From a virus, in IMG/VR virus record IMGVR_UViG_3300042402_001868, positions 32,001 to 96,000 of that record: DNA of 64,000 nucleotides; one strand, given 5' to 3'. The notes below the pieces were generated by a model. It was given only the letters and a program-made list of their open reading frames with translations, was not told where the DNA came from and made no database searches. This document shows positions 1-12,900 of this stretch, one piece after another. The position numbers and the translations under genes are program-made. Each line of letters starts with the position of its first letter. The stretch's first letter is position 1.

Positions 1-2
1 TT

Positions 3-935
3 CCTGATATTCCTAGCACAGGACCCTGGGTGTTCTTACAACAAACTGTGGACTTTGACAATTTACAACGTTACTTGCTAGTTGAAGAAGGCGTAGTCAA
101 TTCTGACTATGCCACACTTGATGACATTGAGTTGGTAAAAGCTGAATGGAGTCCTGGACAAGTATTCTATGCCTACGGAACCTACAACAGCAGTGGCGAA
201 ATAATTGTTGCACCGGCATTTTATCTACTGAGCATTAATGTTGCCGGAGCCAGAACATTGGTTGAACAGTCAGGATGGATTGCAAGATCAGGTCGACAAA
301 ACTTGTACTTCCAATACCGCCACAACTCACCGCTGACCAATCGTATTGACCCAGGTACCACCAACATCATTGACCTGTATGTGGTAACACAAGCATATTA
401 TACTTCTTACCAGAACTGGATCAAAGACACCACTGGCACAGTTACACAACCTGATGTTCCTACAATTGACGAGTTGTCAACTGCTTACCAAGGTCTACAA
501 GATTACAAAATGATATCAGACAACATTGTGTTGAACTCTGTGAACTTCAAACCATTGTTTGGTGCCAAGGCTGCACAGCAATTGAGAGCCACAATCAAAG
601 TGATCAAGGCACAAGGATCTACAGCAAGCACCAGCGAAATCAAGAGCAGTGTGGTGGCAGCAATGAACACCTACTTCAGTATTGACAAGTGGAACTTTGG
701 TGACACCTTCTACTTCTCAGAACTGGCAGGATACTTGCACAGAACACTTGGCAGTATCATCAGTTCAGTGGTGCTAGTACCATTAAACAGTCAGAAGAGC
801 TTTGGTGACTTGTATGAGATTAGATCCGAACCCAACGAAATCTTTGTGAATGCCGCAGACATAACTAATATAGAGGTGATTGAAGCATTGACCAGCACCA
901 ATCTTAGAACAGCACCCGGCAGTGGAGTCATTTAA
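3..935 (+). CDS. Baseplate wedge-like structural protein, C-terminal part (5'-truncated by window)
   Basis: The frame is open from the window start. The C-terminus (IKSSVVAAMNTYFSIDKWNFGDTFYFSEL...ISSVVLVP) resembles gp6/baseplate-J-like wedge proteins. Its stop overlaps the ATG of the giant gene (TAATG). Confidence 0.6.
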   Translation, partial: PDIPSTGPWVFLQQTVDFDNLQRYLLVEEGVVNSDYATLDDIELVKAEWSPGQVFYAYGTYNSSGEIIVAPAFYLLSINVAGARTLVEQSGWIARSGRQNLYFQYRHNSPLTNRIDPGTTNIIDLYVVTQAYYTSYQNWIKDTTGTVTQPDVPTIDELSTAYQGLQDYKMISDNIVLNSVNFKPLFGAKAAQQLRATIKVIKAQGSTASTSEIKSSVVAAMNTYFSIDKWNFGDTFYFSELAGYLHRTLGSIISSVVLVPLNSQKSFGDLYEIRSEPNEIFVNAADITNIEVIEALTSTNLRTAPGSGVI

Positions 936-3900
936 TGGCAAAAGTACGAAGCGTAGATTTTTTACCTGAAATTTTTCAGACTGACGTAAACAAACAGTTC
1001 CTAGCGGCCACGCTGGATCAGTTGATACAAGAGCCCAAGTTTAAAAAGACTCAAGGATTCATTGGACGCACAGTAGGCCCAGGTGTGAACCCCAATGAAA
1101 AATATGTTGTAGAGCCAACCAAGGTTCGTGCTGACTATCAACTCGAGCCAGGAATCGTCAGCCTCAAGCCAGATACCAATACCATTGAAGATGTCATCAC
1201 ATACCCCGGATTGCTTGATTCGATTGACTATCAAGGTGGCAGCTCAGCCCGTCCAGACAGACTGTTTGAAAGCGAATACTATACCTGGGATCCGTTTGTT
1301 GACTGGGATACCTTTATTAACTTCAGTCAGTACTTCTGGTTGCCGGGTGGTCCGGGTGCGGTTGATGTGGCTGCCACAGGTGTACCAGCAACTGATAATT
1401 TTGTAGTAACCAGAGCCAATGGCGTTTATACGTTTTCTGGGTTGAATGGGGACAACCCCACAGTTGATCTAGTACGCGGCGGCAGTTATACTTTTCAAGT
1501 TGCACAAAACGACAAAGAAACAGTAAATTATCGTGTGACCAATTCTGGGACCAGTGCGTATGTTATTGATTATGTTAACAATCCTACACTGACACTAACA
1601 CGTGGTAACACGTATGTGTTTAATTTAAACTTGAATGGAGTATATCCATTCTATATTAAAACAGCCGCCACCACAGGGTTAAACAATGTTTACAGTTCAG
1701 GCGTGACCAATAATGGTGCAGTCACAGGACTTGTGACATTTGTAGTTCCACAAGATGCACCAGATACGCTGTACTATTCTAGTGCCACGCAATCAAACAT
1801 GCGTGGGCAAATTAATATTATTGACGGCACCGCAGGCACCGGAGCAGGTTTTTGGATACAGGCTGCACCAGGCATCAGTGGCAAAATACCTGCCACCCCA
1901 AACATCAGTTCTAGAGATGTGTACGGTGTAACCAACAATGGCGAAGACCTAGGTACCATTACATTTAACGTTCCTACCAAAACTGCACAACAGTTCTATT
2001 ATGACCTGCCTAGCCTTGGATCCGTTGATTTATTGACTGATTTACGATTTGATCAAATCAATAATATCACTGTGGCGGACTTTATTGCTACCTATGGTGG
2101 TATTGATGGCATCACAGCACTTGACGGCAGAACATTGGTATTTGAAGGTACATCAATAGACACTGATCAAGGCGGCTGGACCAAAACAACTTTTTTTGAT
2201 CCCTTGACACAAAGTGATAGTTTTACAGGACAACCGGGCAGTTATGACAGCTTGTTGTATGCACAACAACTTGAAGTGCCTGTATCTCAACGTCGTGGAA
2301 TTTGGCAAATTAACTATGTCAACAATGCTGGATTTGTTTACATCAGCCTGACCAATGTGGGCAATATCAACGACTTGGAAAAGTTTACTATCTTGTATGG
2401 CAACGTTTATGCAAGCACAGGATGGTTCAAGAACGATGCAGGAGTGTTTAAACAAATACCTTTGTTGACAGCTTCGCAAGATACGCTGTATTACCAAGAT
2501 GGCACAGACCCAGGTATATTTGGTCGAATCAGATTGATTGACCAAACACAAAGTTCCACATTGTACATTGACGAAATTATTGGTAAAAAAAATTACACCA
2601 GTCCCAACGGTGTGGCATTTACTAATGGACTTAAAGTTGTGTTCCGTGGAGATGTTGTTCCGTCTAGCTATATTAATACAGAATATTACATCAGTGGTGT
2701 TGGTGTTGCTATACGGCTGTTGCCAGTATCAAATTTTGTCTGTCCAGAAACTTATGTAGTAGATGCTGATACCAGTACTATTGACACAGAACCATCCACA
2801 TTAGATTACCTGACTATTGATCGTGCAAGTCTAGATCTCAATGCATGGTCCAGAAGCAATCGATGGTTCCACGTTGACGTTATCAATGCCACAGCAAAAT
2901 ACAACAACACTGAAGTTACTATTGACAACCAATATCGTGCCAAACGTCCAATCATTCAATTCCGCGCAGGAATACGTTTGTTCAACATGGGCACTGAAGG
3001 TAAACAGCCTGTTAATGTCATTGACTTTGCAGAATCTGATGCATTTAGCAATGTAGAAGGCAGCACTGGTTACACAGTAGATGGATACAACTTTGTCCAA
3101 GGCAGTCGGGTTATTTTTGCCAAAGATGCTGATGCCAATGTACGCAACAAAATTTGGATAGTTAATTTTGTATCGCCAGATTCGATATCACCAGTGATTT
3201 CTCAACCTATTATCAATTTAACACTGGCCGCTGACGGTGACGTGCTAATTGATCAAAGTACTGTGTGCCTGGATGGTGATACACTTACCGGTGTTACCTT
3301 TTGGTACAACGGAGTTGAATGGACTGAAGCACAATTAAAAACCAAAGTTCAACAAGCACCGTTGTTTAACGTGTATGATGCTGATAGTATAAGTTTTGGG
3401 AACAAGGTAACGTATCCGTCGACTACATTTGTTGGATCAAAATTATTCAGTTATGCCCAAGGAACAACTGGTATCTTGGATCCTATTTTGCAATTCCCGT
3501 TGCAATATTTAAATTTAAACAACGTTGGTGACATTGTATTTGAAAACAACTTGTACAAAGATACATTTTTGTATGTGCGTGATAACGTTAGTACAACATC
3601 ATTGATCAGTTCAGGATTTCCCAGAGAATACGCCACACGATTGTTGTATAATCGACTGCTGGGATGGAACACAGCAATCACGCCATCTCAAGTTAGACAA
3701 CAGTTTAAGTTCACATACGACGGCCGCCCACTACTGTTGGATATTCAAGCACAAAGCGATGGCATTGTTCCTGCGGTAAAAATTTATGTTGGTAGCAAAT
3801 TCAAAGATCCAGGAACGTATACACTTGCAACTACCTCTAACTCATCTACCATCACACTGGATGATACCTATGTGATTGGTGATATTGTTGAGATATTGGT

Positions 3901-6900
3901 ATTGAGTGATCAAACAAGCCAGGCAGCATTTTACCAAGTTCCAATCAACATAGAGAACAATCCGTTAAATGGCAATAGTGATGCATTTACCCTGGGTACT
4001 ATTCGCACACACTACGAATCAATCTGCGAAAATTTAATCACGTTAACTGGCACAATTAACGGTGCAAACAACACACGTGACCTAGGCGCAATTGGACCCT
4101 ACGGGTTAATTATTCTGCAACAAAGTAGTCCGTTGACCTTGGCAGGATATTTTAACCGTAGCAAAGAATACAATATTTTTGCTTCATTACAATATAACTC
4201 ACGCGAATATCAAAAGTTCAAAGACCTGTTGATGAACGAAGTTACTAACTTAACTTTATACACAGAAACTCCTGCAGAGATATTGGTAGAAGCAATGGCC
4301 AACATCACACTGGGACGACTAGAATCTAATCCATTCTACTGGTCAGACATGGTGCCATCTGGATCAGTATACATTGAAAACAAATACACAGTGAGTTTGA
4401 TCACGACTAATGTATTTGATACTGTGCAAGTTTACAATTACACGTCGTCTAACTATCTAGGATTGTTGGTTTACAAAAACAATGAGTTGTTGACTCGTGG
4501 GTTTGACTATACAGTGGCTACAGATGGCCCGCGAATCACAATACTAACACCATTGGCTGTTGGTGATGTCATTGCCATCCAAGAATATTCAGCCACCTAT
4601 GGCAACTTTGTTCCTAACACTCCTACCAAGATGGGATTGTACCCGTCTTTCCGTCCAGTAATAACCACAATTAATGCCACATCTGGTCCCCGACTGGTTA
4701 TTGTTGGCCATGACGGCAGCCAAACTCCGGTTTTTGGCGATGTTCGAGATCAAGTATTACTTGAATTTGAAACACGTATTTTTAATAATTTAAAACTAGA
4801 TGGTAATCCTGTGCCAATTAACGTCAGTGACGTAATACCAGGACAGTTCCGTAGCACTGGATATTCGTCGGCAGAAATTAATGATATATTAAATGTAGAT
4901 TTCTTAAGCTATGTTGGATGGAACAAGTTAGATTACAACACACAAAATTACATTGCAAGCAATGAGTTCTCGTGGAACTACAGCGGCTCTCAAAACAAAT
5001 TGACCACAAGTCAAAATCTAATTGGATCTTGGCGCGGCATCTACAAATATTTTTATGACACCCAAGACCCTGCTAAAACTCCGTGGGAGATGTTGGGATT
5101 CAGTATTAGACCATCATGGTGGAATGATGTTTACGGGCCAGGGCCATACACATCAGAAAACATGGTGTTATGGGATGACCTAGAAGCAGGTATTGTAGCT
5201 AACCCACAGGGATCGTATGTACTTCCAGCATATATTCGTCCTAATCTTACGCAAGTAATACCAGTTGATAGTGAGGGTAATTTAGTAAGTCCATTTGAGT
5301 GTGTGGTCAGCAACTACAACGAAACAACATTTCAAAAGAGCTGGAGCACCGGGGACGGCAGTCCAGTTGAAGCGTCGTGGTGGAATTCAAGTGCATACCC
5401 GTTTGCTATCATGCGATTGTATGCATTAACTATTCCTGCTAAGTTTTACGCATTATACGCAGACAGAGACTTATATCGCTACCAAGCTGAGTTTGGGCAA
5501 TTTCTTTACAATGATCGATATCGTCTAGATGCCAATGGTATACAAGTATATGGTAATGGCACAAGCAAAGCCAGTTTTATCAACTGGATTGTGGACTATA
5601 ATCGTGTTACTGGCATAAACAGTACCACGGCTCTTGAAGCAAATCTTGCTAGCATTGACGTTCGCTTGTGCTATAGGTTAGCTAGTTTTACTGACAAACA
5701 GTATATTAAATTATACACTGAAAAATCTAGCCCTAATAGCTTGAATGCAACATTGATGATTCCCGATGAAAGTTATGATCTGTTGTTGTACAAAAATCAA
5801 CCGTTTGATCGGTTGATTTACAGTTCAGTTGTGATACAAATTGTTGAAGGCGGCTATGCTGTTTACGGATATTCAACTACCCAACCTTACTTTGATATTT
5901 TAGTAAGTCAATCAGCTGGCAGATTAAAACCATACACCGTCGGCGATGTTACTGTAAGGGTGCCCACAACATACACCAACACTGTGGCACAAGTTCCGTA
6001 TGGATATGTGTTTACAAATCAAACCAGCGTGTGTGATTTCTTGTTGAGTTACGGAAAACTATTAAATGAACAAGGGCTGGTATTTGATGATAGAGTCAAC
6101 GGTTACCAACTGGACTGGGATCAAATGGTTGTTGAGTTCTTGTACTGGAGTCAGCAAGGATGGGAAAACAATTGTTTGATCAATCTCAACCCATTGGCCA
6201 GTGCGTTAACAATTACAAAACCAGGCGCGGTAGTTGACAGCATTATTACACAAACTAGTGAAAATGTTATATTAGACCAAAACAAGCGTGAGTTGCCTAC
6301 TCGCAATATCAATATTGTGCGACTAGAGAACACATTGACGCTACAACCGCTAACCGACCAAAGTCTAAGTTTTGCTGATTTGCGTTTTACAAACTTTGAA
6401 CACATGATTGTGTTAAACAATCAAAGTGTGTTTGGAGATTTGATTTATGAACCTATTACCGGCGCTCGTCAGAGCAGATTGAACTTTGTTGGCATAACCA
6501 GCACCGAATGGAATGGAACTGTTGATGCCCAAGGCTTTATCTTGAACCAAGATAATGTTGAAGAATGGTCTGGGCTTAAAAAATACAGCAAAGGCCAAAT
6601 TGTCAAGTACAAGGATCAGTATTGGAGTGCCATGGTCATTGTTGATCCTAGCACGGAGTTTGATTTCAACAAGTGGTCCAAGAGCGACTATAGTCAAATT
6701 GAGTTAGGGTTGTTACCAAATATTGCTAACAAGGCAAATCAACTACAAAATTCATACAGTGTTAACACTGCCAATCTAGAAGGCGACAACGACTTGTTGA
6801 GTTATGGATTAATTGGATTCCGTCCACGTGAATACATGGCAGCATTGAATCTGGATGATGTTAGTCAGGTAAATGTTTACTCACAGTTCCTGGGCAGTAA

Positions 6901-9900
6901 AGGAACAATTCTTTCAGCAGAGCTGTTGAGCAATGCCAACCTTGGTAAAGAATCTGCAGACTATCAAATTTACGAAAACTGGGCAGTACAACGTGCAGTA
7001 TACGGCGCCAATGCTAACCGTAGCTTTGTTGAACTAAAATTAAATCGCGCACTACTAAGTGCCAACCCAAGTCTAGTACAGGTTATCCAACCCCAAGAAC
7101 AAAGCCAAGCTGATCAAACTATTTTCTTGAGCAATGTATGGCGACAGAGTTACAAGCTAACTTCGCCAGACTTCTTACCTACCACAATGACCGAAGTCAC
7201 AGACACCGCCTTACCAAGTGCGGGATATGTTAACCTTGAAGATGCTGATATCACCACATTTGATCTTGGCACAAGATCTACTATTGCTGCCAACTTAGGA
7301 TTGGTAAGTGTTGGTGCCACTGTTTGGGTAGCCAAAGTCAACAACTACGACTGGGACATTTATCGTTGTGTTAATATTCCTGGATTTATTGACCACGTGT
7401 GTGACAATTTGGATGGAACATCAATTGTAAACTTTACAAAACCACACGGCTTGTCTGTAGGCGATCGACTGATTATCAAGCAGTTTGATGTGAGAATTGA
7501 TGGCGTATATCGTGTGCTAACTGTTCAGGGCATTAACCGTGTTACTATTGCTTATACATTTACACCTGGAGGCCAAACAGTCATCAACGGCGTTGGCATT
7601 GGATTTACACTGCAAACTCAACGTGTTGCACAAGCCAGCGACATTATAAATTTACCTTACACAGATGATATTCAAACAGGTGCCAAAGTATGGGTAGACA
7701 ACGACGGCACGGGACATTGGCAAGTTTTACAAAAAGAAAACCAGTTCTCGGATGTTATTGAACTAGCACCAGTACTGCTAGATGCAACTGAAGCATATGG
7801 GCAAAGTGTTACCCAAGCTCGTAATCGTTTTGCCGCATTGGTAGGTAGTCCACGTTATGGATTCCCAACAGGTGCAGAGCAAGGTGCTGTGTATGTGTAT
7901 GTTAAAAACTACAGTGATCAATACGCACCAGTGAGTCCAGTGGCCAATGGCGATGCTATTTTAACACTTGACATAACTGGTGTGCGGGGATATGGTAATG
8001 CAGTAGACTTTGGCAATCAAACATGGGCAGTAGCAGGTGCCAGCAAAAGTCTAGGCCCGGCCAGCGAAGTTGATGTAGGATACGCCGCAGTAATTTACCG
8101 TGATCCAAGTCTTGGTGAGCCCGGTGTGATTCCTTATGTACAGTGGCAGTTGTTGATATCTCCTAACAATATCGAACCAGGCTTGTTTGGACACAGTGTG
8201 GCAATCAGCACAGACGAACGTTGGTTGTATGTTGGTGCTCCTGCTGCCAACAAAGTTTATGCATATGGACAGGTTGACTGGCAAGATCAGTTTGTCAAAG
8301 TAAGAGGCGACGGTGTTACCAAGACCTTTAACATATCTCAAACCATACAAATTAATGCTGCCACTCAGTTGCTTGTGACAGTAGACGGAACAGAGCAGGC
8401 TCTTGGTACAGACTATACAGTTGACAGCAGCCTGGCTGTAGTGACTTTTGCAACTGCACCAGCAGTTGGTGTTTTAGTTGACATTCATCGCTACAATCGT
8501 AAAAACATTGACGGCGGCAATTACTACAACGTTACAACTCCAACTACCTCTGGAGCAGGATCAGGTGCTGAGTTTACTATTAGACGAGTTCGAAATGAAG
8601 TAGGACAACCAGGTAGTGTTTCTGGCGGTGTAGGCGTCACATTTGGTGGTACCGGATATGCCGGCGGCGATACTATAACATTTGCACCAAGCAAATTTGG
8701 CGGTCAGGTAAACTTGATTTTAACCGTTAGCACGGTTGGATCAGGTGGATCAGTTGAGACCTTTACTATTGCATACGGCCCAGGGGGACTAACACTAACA
8801 ACTGTATTCTCATTAAACGAATTCTTCTTCACAGTTGATAACATTTATTCATTCTCTGTATATGTCAATGAGGTGTTGTATCGACCAGGTATTGATTATA
8901 CATTTAATACTGGAACTAAAGACATAACATTTGTAACAGTTCCTGCTGCCGGTACTTTAATCACAGTGCAAGCTCAGAGTTATTATGAATATGTTGACAC
9001 ACTAACCATTGCTGGACTGGCAGCCGATGCGCAATTTGGTTACAGCGTGACCACCACAGTTGATGGCCGCCAGGTCATGGTTGGTTGCAAAGACGAAGAC
9101 ATTGATGGCAAAGTTGATGCTGGCAGTGTGTATGTGTTTGATCGTAATGTCCAACGTTTCATATACGGAACTGATCCTAGTTCAACCATGTTCACAGTGT
9201 TAGGCACAGTGACTGCACCTGTGAGTGTTATAGTAAACAATGTGTTTTTGATAAACCAAACAGATAGCATTATTGGAGCACCAAACAGTTTCACAGTTGC
9301 TGGTAATGACATTACGATCAACTCGGATTTGCAAATTGGCGATGTAATTGATATTGAAACAAATCAATTTTCATTGATGCAACAAGTTATACAACAGACT
9401 GTGAATTCGTCTAGTGCGGTTGTTGACAACCCAATGGAGTTTACTAATTTTGGCCATGCTGTAGATATCTGTACATACAGTTGTAGTTTGTACATTGGTG
9501 CACCACAAGACAGTACCAACGGCTGGAAAGCTGGTAGTGTTCAACGCAACGTGAATCAAAGTAGAATATATGGCAGCACGGTAACATTAACCAAAGATCC
9601 TGTATTAACTCCTGGCGATACGTTACGAGTTAATAATCAAGATATTGAAATTTTATTCCCCACTGCTGAACAGACCAGTCTTCAGCGCCTGGCACAGTCT
9701 ATTACAGAAACTGTGCCAAACGTCGTGGCCAGTGTAGCCAATGGGTATTTGACCATTGCTGTGGCCAACACCACAGCCGCAGCCCCCACTAATAAACTTC
9801 AGGTGGCACCGGGTTCAGTGGGATCTGCGTTTGATGACATTGGATTTACTACATTTGTTTACACACAAAGTATTTACAGTCCTTACCCAGTAGATTTTGC

Positions 9901-12900
9901 AGGGTTTGGATCAAGTCTCAGCATAGATGATTCGGCTGTTAACCTAGTGGTAGGAGCACCTCGTGGTACATTATATTTGATCACAATCTTTGATGATGGC
10001 ACGACAGACTTTGATGAGAACAGCACAATCTTCTTCTCAGAAGTGGTACAAAGTGGAGCGGTGTACACATATGACTATCTGCGCAGTGCAAACGAAAGCG
10101 CAACCAATCCAGGCAAGTTTGTGTTTGGTTTACAAATAACTGACAGCAACATTTATTCATATGATGTGTTTGGCGCATCGGTAAGCTATGTTGACGGAGT
10201 GTTAATGGTTGGTGCATCAGGAAACGATGCTACGGCTGCCGACAGTTCGGGTTCTAATTATGGTCGTGTGTTTGTGTTTGAAAATGCCACTCGTACACCA
10301 GCTTGGACACCAATAAGAGTACAACAGCCAGTGGTAGATATTCGTCTGTTAAATTCAGTGTTCACATACGATGTACTAACCAGTGCAAGAACACAGCAAT
10401 TTGATTTCTTCGACCCACTACAAGGAAAAATCCTTGGAGCAGCCAAACAAAATATCAATTACATAAGTGCAATTGATCCAGCAGGGTATAATGTTGGCCC
10501 AGTTAACAATTTGGGCAATACTTGGCTGGGCGAACATGTAGGTCAAGTTTGGTGGGATATTAGCACAGTGAGATTTATTGATCCCAACCAAGATGATATC
10601 GTGTATGCAAGTCGTCGTTGGGGACAAGTGTTTCCGGGCAGTTCCATTGACATGTATCAATGGATTCAATCTAGTGTGCCGCCAGCAACATATACCGGCG
10701 AAGGTACACCGTTGAATGTTTACTCGTATACGGTGAGTACAAGATTAGGTATTGACGGTACGTTTAATACCTATTACTATTTCTGGGTCAAAGGACTTAC
10801 AACTGTTGCTACTCAACAAGGCAAGACGTTGTCTCCACAGACTGTGGCCAACTATATTGAAAATCCCAAAGCCAGTGGAATTGCATACATTGCTCCGGTG
10901 AATGCAAGTACTATAGCAATTTACAATGCCACGACAATCATTGAAGCAGAAGACACAGTGATCAGTGTTGAATTTGATCGCGAATATACCGATAATAATG
11001 TTCACGTTGAGTATGAGTTGATTGCTCAAGGCAAGTCGGATGCATTCCTGAGCACCAACTTGTACCGCAAACTGCAAGATAGTTTCTGTGGTGTTGACAC
11101 TGCTGGCAATTTAGTCCCAGATCCTACATTAAATGCCGCTGAACGTTACGGAGTACAGTTCCGTCCACGCCAGTCAATGTTTGTGGATCGCTTTGAAGCT
11201 CTAAAAAACTACATTGTGCGCACAAACAATGTGTTATCATTGTACCCAATTGTTGAGAATCGCAGTTTTGTGCTGTTAAATTCTAGCGAACCAGAGCCGC
11301 CATCAACGGCTGTTGGCGTTACGAATTGGAACATGCGTGTGGCCAACTTGGAAATTTTAAGTTTCCAAGATATCAATGCGGTGCCAATTGGTTACAAATA
11401 TTTGGTTGCCAGTGACAGCCGAAATAACGGACTATGGACCATTTACACAGTGCAATATGGCCAAGGTGTGTTGATCGGTGTAAAAGAGCTGGTGTTAACT
11501 CGTGTGCAAAACTACGACACTCGTAGATACTGGAGTTATGTCAATTGGTATCGACCAGGATATAACTCAAGTACCAAAATTATTGCTGAAGTTCCTAACT
11601 ACAGTGCATTGGCAGCAGTTAGTGTACCAATCGGATCTAGTGTAGAAGTTATTTCTAACGCTCAGGGTAAGTTTGAAATTTACTTGTTTACTGAACTTGG
11701 CTGGGAACGTGTGGGATTACAAGACGGCACAATTGAAATTTCTGCAGAAATTTATAACTATGCCCTGGGACGATTTGGATTTGACGTTGAAGTATTTGAT
11801 GCACAGTACTACGATCAAGAACCTGTGATTGAAACACGCAAGATTATTCAAGCCATCAATGAAGAATTGTTTATCGACGAACTTGCAATTGAACGTAACA
11901 AAGCATTGACCCTGATGTTTAACTTTGTGTTGAGTGAATTCTCTGCGCCTGAATGGTTGGTTAAAACATCACTGATTGATGTGGATCACAATATTCGTAA
12001 CCTAGAACCATTCCAAAACTATCGCCAGGACAATCAAGAGTTTGTGCTTGACTACATCCAAGAAGTCAAACCTTATCACGTGCAAATTCGTGAATTTAAC
12101 TTGTTGTACAACGGTCAAGATGCATACGCTGGCGACATAACTGACTTTGATGTGCCAGCATACTATAACACCAGTTTGGTTGTGCCACAATACACCAGTC
12201 CAATTTTGAATATTGATGATACTACTGATCCTCGTTATCAACAACCGTACTTGCATAGCACACATCAACAGGACAACACATTAAGTGATACGCCACCATC
12301 AAGCCTAGTATGGCAAGCATGGCCATATAGCCAATGGATCAACAATTACTTGTTGAATTTGCAAAGTATCAAGATGGTCACTGGCGGTAGCGGCTACACT
12401 GAAGCACCCACAGTCACACTCGATGGTGATGCAACAACACCGGCGATACTGCAAGCATTCCTAGGCCCAGTTACTGAGTCAGGCACAGCATCGGTATTGT
12501 ACATTGCAATCATCGATGCAGGTTCAGGATATTATGCAACACCCACTGTGGTGTTTAGCGGAGGCAATGGATCTGGTGCACAAGCATATGCAGTGATAGG
12601 TAATGATCTTGTTCGTAGTTTCCGCACAGTTATCAAATACGACCGATATCAATACCAAACAAATATTCTAACCTGGAACACAAACGGCACCTACGAAGAT
12701 GGTACGCTGGTTAGATATGACGATCAAGTTTGGAGAGCTGCCAGTACTGACTCAACAGCAGTAGTTGGGCCAACATTTAATTTAGATCAATGGCAATTGG
12801 TTCCTGCTAATGATCTTAGCGGTGTTGATCGTACCATGGGTTACTATGTGCCAGGTGTGAACGAGCCTGGAGTTGATTTACCTCTGCTGATTGACGGCAT

